NCBI GenBank assembly: GCA_038087875.1
Contig: JAXLNO010002965.1
Coordinates: 1-64,000 of the forward strand
DNA: 64,000 bases
Source: Malacoraja senta
Lineage: Eukaryota
Direction of reading: 5' to 3'
The notes beneath the pieces are model-generated. The model did no database searches, had not been told where the DNA came from, and saw only the letters and a list, made by a program, of their open reading frames with translations. Position numbers and translations under genes: made by a program. Each line of letters opens with the position of its first letter. Within the stretch, counting starts at the first letter, position 1. Of the stretch, positions 26,001-35,696 are shown piece by piece.

Positions 26001-26576
26001 GTGCTGCATGTCATTGTGGTATATCTCATGTCCTGATTGGTGAATATGTTTAGTTTGTGGCTTTATTTGAAGCAGAAATAATATGTGAATGCTTCATTGA
26101 GCATAATTCTGACTGGTCGTCCGAGCACATTATCGCACGTGTCATGCAAGCCATCTTAAATAACCACCTAAACTGTCATTTGGCAACTTAAAAAGCTACC
26201 AAGGTTGCTCGGCTGACAACAGAGAAAAAAAATTAAGTGAGAGCCCTGCAAGGTGTATAATATTTTTGACACTGTCATAGGCCTTTCTTACATATGCTGT
26301 CACAACGCACTGTAGTCTCTAAACAACACTTCAGTAATTTTCCTTGCCCTCCATTTCAGAATAATAGTGTTTTAAGCCAATAACTCGACACTAGCAGTGG
26401 CAATAAATAAATAAATAAAGCCCAGCTTTCCAGCCCCTTATCTCATTGGCCACGCTCGGCTGCAAATCGGTGTCAATCTGGTGGACCATCTTCCTCTGGT
26501 CGTGGGGTGGGGGACTGGGGGGGGGGGCTCACAAGTGGAACAGCTTAGGGCCTCTCTTCATCTAAATCCGGCCCTG
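23057..26576. mobile_element. Non-autonomous hAT element carrying nested SINE, PLE and LINE pieces, inserted in a CR1
   Basis: TIR cagggccggattta / taaatccggccctg; exact 8-bp TSD ctggtagg at 23049-56 and 26577-84. Confidence 0.85.
25265..25895 (-). mobile_element. Penelope-like element 3' fragment
   Basis: ORF 25658-25957 GETKCRLGDCFAQHLHSVRNNQPDLPVAQHF, homologous to 53-370, followed by the same terminal repeat. Confidence 0.85.
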
Positions 26577-27770
26577 CTGGTAGGTTTCAATGAGATTCCC
26601 ACCTCATCCTTCTAAATCCCATGAGCACAGGCACAGAGACTTCAAACACTCCTCATACGTTAAATCAATCATCCCCAGGACATACATCCTCTCGACCCTC
26701 TCCAAAGCCAGCACATCCTTTCTAATATGGAGCCCAAAACTGCTCACAATATTCCAAATGTGTCTTCACCAGTGCCCGATAAATCCTCAGCATTATATCA
26801 TTGTTTTTATATTCTACGCCCCCCGAAATGAATGCTGGCATTGCATTTGCCTTACTTACCACTGACTCAATCTGCAAATGAACTATTTGGGAATCCTGCA
26901 CTAGTACTCCCACTTTGTAGCTCAGGTTTCTCAATTCTCTCCCCATTTAGAAAATAGTCTATGTCTTTATTCCGACTGCCAAAATGTAAAACCAGACACT
27001 TGCTACACTGTATTCCATTTGGCTCTGCTTTGCCCACTAGGTGGAACTGCTGCCTTACAGCGCCAGAGACCCGGTTCAATTCTGACTACGGGTCCCGTCT
27101 GTACAGAGTTTTGTACCTTCTCCCCGGGACTTGCGTGGGTTTTGCCTGGATCTCCGGTTTCCTCACTCAGTCCAAAGACATACAGGTTTGTAGGTTAATT
27201 GGCTTGGTATAATTGTAAATTGTCCCCTAATAAGTAAGATAATGTAAGTGTGCAGGGATCGCTGGTTGACGCAGACTCGGTGGGCTGAAGGGCCGGTTTC
27301 TGCGCTGTATCTCTTAAACTAAAACCACATTCCATTGACTATCAATAATTATGAGCAATTAGATAACCACAAATTAATAATGGGTGGCACAGTGGCGTAG
27401 CGGTAGAGCTGCTGCCTTACTGCACCAGAGACCTGGGTTTGATCCTGACTACAGGTGCTGTCTGCAAGGACATTGTATGTTCTCCCTGTGACTGCGTGGG
27501 TTTCCTCCCACACTACAAAGACATACAGGTTTGTAGGTTACTTGGCTTAGGTAAAATTGTAAATTGTCCGTACTGTGTAGGTTAGTGTAAATGTATGGGT
27601 TGATCACTATTCAGCGAGGACTCAGTGAGCTGAGGGGCCTGTATCTGCAGCATATCTCTAAAGCCTAAAGTCTAAATCCACAGCTTAGTTAAGAGTGTGA
27701 GTTGAGACTGTTATCTCAGTCCAGGAGGTTTATGGTCTCAAGTGATCAGCCTCATTGACTTGCCACTTAC

Positions 27771-28043
27771 CCTGTGGAACATTGACTCCCTGCAGCAGAG
27801 TTGCATGTTCGATGTAACAGGAGAATTTTGCCACATCTTCTCTATTCAGTTGAATTGTATTCTTCAGCTGGTAAGTCCCATCCCAATTGGGCAACAGATC
27901 ACTGGATTCAGACTCATGGACCCCCTCACCATCTCTCAGCCACGTTACATCGATGGCCCGTGGCTAGAAGCCTGTGACAAGGCAGGAGAGTCTCAGTGAT
28001 TGCGACCCATCACGTTTAATCCCAATAAACACCTCAGGGGTTT
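27771..28043 (-). pseudogene. MHC class I-like exon 4 (alpha3, Ig C1 domain) with premature TAG
   Basis: cttgcag|AA...CAG G|GTAAGT. Reads ETPEVFIGIKRDGSQSLRLSCLVTGF*PRAIDVTWLRDG...LLPNWDGTYQ...FSCYIEH, with both Ig cysteines and the Trp present. Confidence 0.92.
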
Positions 28044-29247
28044 CTGCAAGTGTAAGAAGAGTCAGAATCAGTGAAGACATGAACAAAAGCCTTCAATTGT
28101 AAGATCACTGCAACTCACCACTTTCCCAATCAGAGTTTTTTCTCTGGCTGAACTAAGTTTTCAGCCTAGACCCAAAATGCTGGAATAACTCAGCAGGTCA
28201 GGCAGCATTCTGGAGAGAAGGAATGCCCAGAGATGCTATCTGACCCACTGAGTTACACCAACATCTTCTATCTTCAGTGTAAACCAGCATCTGCAGTTCT
28301 ATCTTGCACAAAGTTTACAGCCTTTTCTCTTTTCATTTTGCATTTCTGGCAAAACAACAAAACATTTAGCTTTAATATCACTGACATGCTCCTTATCTTT
28401 GCTCCAGACTTTAACTGACAGCACAGATGAAAGGGGAATGCAGGCCCAATGGAGGAGTATAACTCACCATTGGGATTGATACTGTAGACATGATTGCTTC
28501 TACCTGTTCATGAATCTCTGCTGAATAATAACACTAAATATTCCAAGAGGGAATGGGAGGAAGAAGTTCTTCAAATAGAGAACTGTTGGAAATTGAATGT
28601 CACCATCCCAAGGAGTAATAGAGGCAAATAGAGAATCTGATTGGGTTTCTGATCAGTTCAGCAACAGACCCTTCAGGCCACAAGGTCGGTGCTAAACATA
28701 AGACCAAGATACATATTCCTCCATTTCCTGAATATCTATATGACTGTGGATAAAGGACACTGGTACAATATTTATCTTTCACTTGCACTTCCTACCCACT
28801 GGTTCCATCTAAGAGGCACGTTGCCAGACAATTTACTGAGACCCACGTTGTAGAACAGGGTGGCGAAGCGGTGGAGCTACTGCCTTACAGCGCCAGAGAC
28901 CTGGGTTTGTTACTAACTACGGGTGCTTGTCTTTACAGAGTTTGTACGTTCTCCCTGTGACCTGCGTGGGTTTTATCCGAGATCTTCGGTTTCCCCTCAC
29001 ACTCGAAAGACGTACGAATTTGTAGGTTAATTGGATTGGTATAAATGCAAATTGTCCCTAGTGTGTGTAGGATAGTGTTAGTGTGCGGGCATGGCTGCTC
29101 GGTGCGGTGTCGGTGGGTTTCCGCGCTGTATCTCTAAATTAAACTAAATAATTACTCAAGTGACAGCCTGACGTGCATGATATTTCCCACCTGATCTATC
29201 CAGAGGATATCCTCTGGCCCATCAGTCAGAGTGCCTACGTCGTGTAC

Positions 29248-29523
29248 CTCTCCTCTGTAGTGCTTCTTGTCCACACTCCAGATATATCCGCAGCCACTTC
29301 ACACAGTCCTTCTCCAGGAGATCTTTAAAATACTTGTTCATGAAGGTGTTGACGTTCCACCGATCTGCTAGCATCTGGAAATCTGGACGTAGTGCAATCC
29401 AGCGCATTCTGTCCTTGTCAAAAGCACAGGCATCCTCCCCATCATAACCCAGTCTGACAAACCCATCAGTGAAATTGTCACTGTCCACTTCACAGCCGCA
29501 GAAACCCTGCACAAAGCAAACAG
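29248..29523 (-). CDS. MHC class I-like exon 3 (alpha2 domain)
   Basis: ccccag|CT...AGA G|GTACAC; 276 nt; QGFCGCEV...YDGED...RW...EKDCVKWLRIYLE (C101/C164 pair, YDG motif). Confidence 0.95.
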
Positions 29524-30539
29524 CTGGGGCTGAGGTAGGGGTGGAGGATTTGTGTTGGGGAGAGTGGATGGAAGGGAGAGGCAATTTACAAATCAGTTCT
29601 CAGCATGGTACAAACAGGCATAACAGAACACAACATGGAGCTGTACAGCACAGGAGCAGGTTTAGCTCAGAGATACAGCGCGGAAACAGGCCCTTCGGCC
29701 CACCGAGTCCGCACCGACCAGTGGTCCCCGCATATTAACACTATCCTACACAGACTACTTTTCTTTTCCAGCTTTCTCCACTCTACCCCATCACTCTAAA
29801 TGGTCCTGGTCTCATATGTTTTCTGTCCATTTTTCCACAGCATGCTGCCTGACTCGTTGAGTTCCTCCTGTTTGTTTTAAATTCAGATTGGCAGCATCTG
29901 CAGTTTGCTGTGACTCCATCTTAGCACAATGGATGATCAATGTGGATTCAGTGAGCAGAAGGGCCGGTTTCCATGCTGTGTGACTCAATGACCCTTGGTC
30001 TATATACTGAGGGCATGGACTAACCTCAAGTGTTATGGGGGGGAGCTTTACTGTTGCGGATGTAACACTAAAGGAGTTCTGCTGTGTCAGAAGGGTAGAA
30101 CTCAGATTCTGCACTGTCGTACATAAAGAACAGAGGAAGAAGTGCATTGTCAGATGGGCAATGTTATACAGTGAACAGGTCAGTCTCAAGGTTAAGGCAA
30201 TGCAGATGGGAAGTACATCAAGGCTGTTGCACTGTGTGGGATTGCTACACCCTCTGAGGATTGTTGCCAATATTGAGGGGATGCTGGATTAACACAATAT
30301 TATTACTGAGGGAATACCTCATAGTCACCATCAACCAGCTTAAATCAAGATCCCATCTCTAGATGATCAGGCTATAAATAAACTAATGGTTTCTCCCTCA
30401 TTCCAGCCCAACAAAACAGATGATCCAATCCATCCACTTATTACTGGTGTTGAATATCAAATGCTTAACCCATAAAGAGACTATCACCAGCCAACTGTTA
30501 TGACTGTGTGTTCAGCAGTTAGGACACATTAAATATAGA

Positions 30540-31210
30540 CGATGGGCCGTGTCTCTATCAAAATGTTATGGAGTAAATGTCTGAAACAGCATCAATGGTG
30601 CTGAAGTGAAAAAGGTTGAGAGTTTCTGGTTCCCCTACTGCCTCAGGAGACTAAGGAAATGCGGCATCTCCAATGACTCTTACAAACTTCTACAAATGTG
30701 CCATAGAAAGCATACTGACAGGTTGCATCACAACTTAGTTTGGAAAGAGTTCTGCCCAAGACCGCTGGAAATTGCAGAGAGGTGGAGATGTAGCACAGTC
30801 GATCACACAAACATGATTCCCCACCAGTGAATCCATCTGTATTTCAACTGGTTCAGGAAAGCAGACAACATAATCAAAGATTTGTCCCGTTCTGGTCACT
30901 CCTTCTTCCTGCAGAAGGTACGTAAGCATTAAAGCGTGCACCACCAGACTCAGTAACTGTTTCCTCCCCTATGTTATCAGGTTTCTGAACAGTCCTCCCT
31001 TATGCTAGGGTTCACCTCAACCCCATTGTAGACACTGGACTTTGTCTCTGGCACTGGTACATTACAATGCTGAGAACTACATTCTGCACTCTTTGCTCTA
31101 CCTATTGTACGAGTTTGGTTTGATTGTATTTATGAATAGTTTTCTTTGATGTGATTGACTAACGCAAAAAAAGTGTATCAGAGAATCATGTGTCAACAAT
31201 AAAACTAAAA
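30540..31210 (+). mobile_element. Decayed Rex1/Babar-type LINE 3' fragment in intron 2
   Basis: YCLRRLRKCGIS...KLLQMCHRKH resembles the LYFLRRLRKFG motif; HHIIKDLSRSGHSFF resembles the HPGHSLF motif. Confidence 0.65.
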
Positions 31211-31267
31211 CAAAATCCATCTGTGTCATCACTGAGTGTCTACCCCAGGTCCGCTCACGACACTTAC

Positions 31268-31528
31268 TCGAGATACCATGTTGCTGTTGGTAGACTATCT
31301 CAGCATTTCCTCTGACAATCCCATGAAAACCTGCAACTGTGATGGCCATTGAATCCCAGTGATCCTGCGGGAAAGACTGGGCCATCCATCGCTGTCTGGG
31401 AACAGCCCGCTCTAGTGTGCTGTCAAAATATGCTATCTGGACGTCATCCAGCATTGCTACCATACTGTACTCAGGCAGCTCATTCAATCCATGGTTCAAC
31501 AGGTAGTAAAATGCAAGATGGTGTAAAT
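31268..31528 (-). CDS. MHC class I-like exon 2 (alpha1 domain)
   Basis: ttgcag|AT...TCG A|GTAAGT; 261 nt; DLHHLAFYYLL...LPEYSMVAMLDDVQIAYFDS...PRQRWM...DHWD. Confidence 0.93.
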
Positions 31529-34500
31529 CTGCAATGCATAAACAAAAATAAGTATGATTGTATCATTCACTGAAAATAACTAAGTTATTAATGCTAAAAC
31601 TGATAACAATACAATAACTTTGAATAAGGGAGTCACAAGGACCTGCAGATGCAAGTGCTGGATGAACTCAGTGGGGCAGGCAGCATCAATGATCAGGTGA
31701 CAATTTGGGTCAGGAGCCTTTAGTTTAGTTTTTAGCTTAGAGATACAGCATGGAAACAGGCCCTTCGTGCGAGTCCACACTGACCAGCAACCCCCACACA
31801 ATAACACTATCCTACACACACTAGGGACAATTTACATTCTAGACCAAGCCAATTAACCTACAAACCTATACGTCTTTGGAATGTGGGAAGAATCCGAACA
31901 TCTCGGGACAAACCCACACGGTAATGGGGAGAATGGACAAACTCCGTACAGACAGCATCCGTAATCAGGATCCAACCTGGGTCTATGGTGCTGTAATCGA
32001 GTAAGTCTACCGCTGCACCACTGAGCCTTCTTCAAGAGTTGGCATGATGGGCTCTGATACCTACTCCACCAATTATGGTCGAGGTATTGAATGATCCTAC
32101 TGGATTGTTTCCCATCTTCAAAGATCTATTATTGTCTATCATGTCGATAGGTTCTACTAGTTACAATATTCCAAAGTTTGAAGAATATTTTATTATATTA
32201 AGAAACTGGACAATGTCAAGGAGACTTTATAGAATCATAGAGAGGTAAAGTCAAAGAGTCATACAGCAGGGAATCAGGGCCTATGGCTCAACTTGCCACA
32301 CCAACCAACATGCCTCATCTACACTGCCTGTATTTCATCAGTACATAAGTTCTAGGAGAATAATTAGGCCATTCAGCCCATCGGCCATTCAATCATGGCT
32401 GAGCTATCTCTCCCTATCAACCACATTCTCCTGCCTGCACCCCATAACCCTTGAAACCCATACTGATCAAGAATCTGTTAATCTCCACCTGAGAAATATC
32501 CATTGATGTGGGCTCTACAGCTGACTGAGGCCCATATCCTTATAAGCCTATCCTATCCATGTACCTGATTAAATGATTCTTAAATGTCGTGATAGTACGT
32601 GCCTGAACTACCTTCTCCGGCAGTTCATTCAGTACACCCACCACCCTTTGTGTAACAATGCTATGCCTCAGGTTCCTATTAAATCATTCCCCCCTCATCT
32701 TAAACTTATGTCCACTGGGTACAGCACATAAAAGGCCCTTTAGCCCACCAAGTTCGTGGTGACCATCAAACACCTATTTATACCTGTGGTACGCTAACCC
32801 TTTTAATATTTGCCAATCTCCCATTAACACCTCCCTCATCCCCTCCACCAATTCTAATACATATGCATGACCAATTCACACTGGCCAATTTACCTTTCAG
32901 CCCGGCATTTTGGGGACGTGCGGGGAAACTGGAATAACCATAGCAAACACACGTTTGCAGGTGGAAAAAAAAGCCAGGTTGTAAGAGATCAGGATTGAGT
33001 CCAGGTCCTCATAGGCAGCTGCAACACAGCTCATAGAGATGGGGGGGGGGGGGGTGGTGGAGACTGAGATAAACAGGGCCTAAATTGAAACTCGACACAA
33101 AATACTGGAGTAACTCAGTGGGTCAGGCAGCATCTCCGGAGAAAAGGAAAAGGTGACGTTTCGTGTCGAGACCCTTCTTCAGAATGAGAGTCAGGGGACA
33201 GAGAACCGAGAGATATGACAAAGTACAATGAAATATATGCACCCCCGACTCTGTCTGATGCAGTGTCTTGACCTGAAACTCCACCTATTCCTTTTCTCCA
33301 GCGATGCTGCCTGACTTGCTGAGTTACTCCAGCCTTTTGTATCTATCTTCGGTGTAAACCAGCATCTGCATCAGCAGTCAGAAGAAGGGTCTCGACCCGA
33401 AACGTCACCCATACCTTCTCTCTAGGGATGCTGCCTGTGCCGCTGAGTTACTCCAGCTTTATTGTCTATCTTCGGTTTAAATCAGCTTCTGCAGTTCCTT
33501 CTTACACATCTGCACTTCCTTCCTACACTTGTGTCAACTGAAACATCACCTAACCATGTTCTCCAGACATACTGCCTGACCTGCTGAATTACTCCAGTAT
33601 TTTATGTGTATTAACCAGCATGTGCAGTTTCTTGTTTCCACATGCATAAGCAGTATTTGTTCTGTGATAAAGATTACATGCAGCACACCAGACAGTGTCA
33701 AAGTTCATGTGTTTAAGTGAAGTGAGAAGGGGCCCCGAGGGCAGAGTTAGAAGTGTCTGTTTCAGTGTTACCAGGAGAAACATAAGACGGCTAAGAGTGG
33801 AATACAGTAACGATAAAATCCATGTGGCTTCCCAAAACACTCCACAGCCAAGGATTTTTGTTTTATATGTTATTATTTCAACATGGCCATCACCATTATA
33901 TGGTTTCGGCCCGAAACGTTGCCTATTTCCTTCGCTCCATAGATGCTGCTGCACCCGCTGAGTTTCTCCAGCATTTTTGTGTACCTTCGATTTTCCAGCA
34001 TCTGCAGTTCCTTCTTTAACACCATTATATTTACTTTCATTTGATAACAATGGGATGAAACTTTCAGGACGAGTAGGTTTGTAATCTCCAAGCCTTGACG
34101 AATGTCAGAATAGTTAGAAAGGTACCATTGTGTGGGAAGAAATTGCTCATCAGATTCCCATTCAATCTTTCCCCCCTCAATTTAAACCTATGTCCTCTGG
34201 TTCTCGATTCTGTAATCTGTTGAATATGTTGCCCACTTGAAAATTTCCAGATTGAGATTGATAGATTTTTGTTCATTAAGGGTGTAATGGGCTGGAGTTC
34301 GACCACAATGTCTGTGCCGAACATGATGTCAAGTTCAACTAAACTCTTCATGCTTGTAGATGATTCATATCCCTCAATTCCCTGCATATCTACGTGCCTA
34401 TCCTCAAGCTTCTTAAATCTCATTATCGTCTTCTGGGGAAGTGGTGATGGGGTAATGGATAGGGTCTGCAGGACAGGAAGCATGCAACAAACAACAAGAT

Positions 34501-35127
34501 GGCAACAACATTAACACAACATTGATTGGTCATTTAATGCAGGCTGAATTTTACCATCATGTGGGTGTCTAACACCAGCTGAGGAAATCTTGGAGAGGTG
34601 GAACACCTACTAATGCAGAAGTCACTTCTTTATTGAAAGTGCACATCACCTGAATTCTGTCTGAGGCATTAGTGCAAGGACAGATTGGACAAACATGGAT
34701 TGTTTTCTCTTGTATACTGGAGGTTGAAGGGAGACCTGATGAAAGTGCACAACATGGTGAGAGGCACAGACAGAGTGGACAGCCAGAACCTTTTTCCCAG
34801 GGTGGAAATGTTGAAGACCAGAGAACATCACTTTAAGGTTGGAGAAGCAATGTTCAAAGGAGATGAGCGGAGCAAGTTGTTTTATGTGGAGGGTGGTGGA
34901 CATCTGTAACGCGCTGCCAGTGGTGGTTGTGGTGATGGTGGCAGATATAACAGTTACATTTCAGAGGCTTTTAGATAGGTACATAGATAGGCAGGGAATG
35001 GCCGGATACAGATCACATACAGGTAGAGGAGATTAGTTTAGTTTGTTCGGCACAGACATTGTGGGCCGAAGGTAGACAAAATGCTGAGGTAACAGCGGGT
35101 CAGGCAGCATCTCTGGAGAAAAGGAAC

Positions 35128-35162
35128 GGGTGACGTTTCGGGTCGAGACCCTTCTTCAGACT
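35128..35162 (-). ncRNA. Minimal type-I hammerhead ribozyme motif in a Penelope terminal repeat
   Basis: Minus strand gt-CTGAAGA-a-GGGTC-tc-GACCC-GAAAC-GTC-ac: intact CUGANGA/GAAA core, 5-bp stem II, palindromic ACGT helix III, GUC cleavage triplet. Confidence 0.6.
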
Positions 35163-35462
35163 GAAGGACTGAAGGACCTGCTCCTGTGCTGTATTGTACT
35201 ATGTTCTATGTTCATTATTTACATGTATTCAGTTCTTCTGTTCAATGGATTGCCAAGGTAACCATAGTATATATAACTTCCCACAGGAGCCTTTACAACT
35301 AAGGAAAGACCGTTACCCAAAATTATTAATACATTCAATTCAATCATTCAATTAATACATCCAAGACAATGAACCCAGGGCAAACACAGGCACTGTGCAA
35401 CAGTAAATATAATCAGTTTTGTTGTTTCCTCAAAGTTCACAGGTTGAAGCAGTATTGCTTAC

Positions 35463-35514
35463 CAGAGGAGACAGTGGCCACACCGTAAGTGTTCAGTAAG
35501 GTAAAAAGAAGCAT
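35463..35514 (-). CDS. MHC class I-like exon 1 (signal peptide)
   Basis: aacATG CTT CTT TTT...TCC TCT G|GTAAGC; MLLFTLLNTYGVATVSS, phase 1, joins alpha1 as G|AT (Asp). Confidence 0.8.
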
Positions 35515-35652
35515 GTTTAACAGCCGCCCACAGCACTATTTAACCAGCAGAGTAAATGCAGCAACAGTAACATAATCTCTTGTACGTTTTTAACAGAACT
35601 CTGGTGTGAAGGTAATTATTGGTCCATGTATACACAAACCTGATAACCAGAT

Positions 35653-35696
35653 CCAATGGGAATGAGAGGACTTGTTCTCGTCACTAATTACCAGTG
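35653..35696 (-). promoter_or_regulatory. SXY-like (X1/X2/Y box) MHC promoter module
   Basis: Minus strand cactggtaattagTGACG-21 nt-ctcattcccATTGG, about 140-180 nt upstream of the ATG; order and spacing resemble the class I X2-Y arrangement. Confidence 0.55.

Larger units (their letters stand above)
19713..35514 (-). pseudogene. Divergent non-classical MHC class I-like gene, 5 exons, with a nonsense codon in alpha3 (null allele or pseudogene, or expressed as an alpha3-skipped form)
   Basis: Leader, alpha1, alpha2, alpha3 and TM exons of 52/261/276/273/221 nt join in frame through phase-1 GT-AG introns; in-frame TAG at 27964-27966. Confidence 0.9.
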
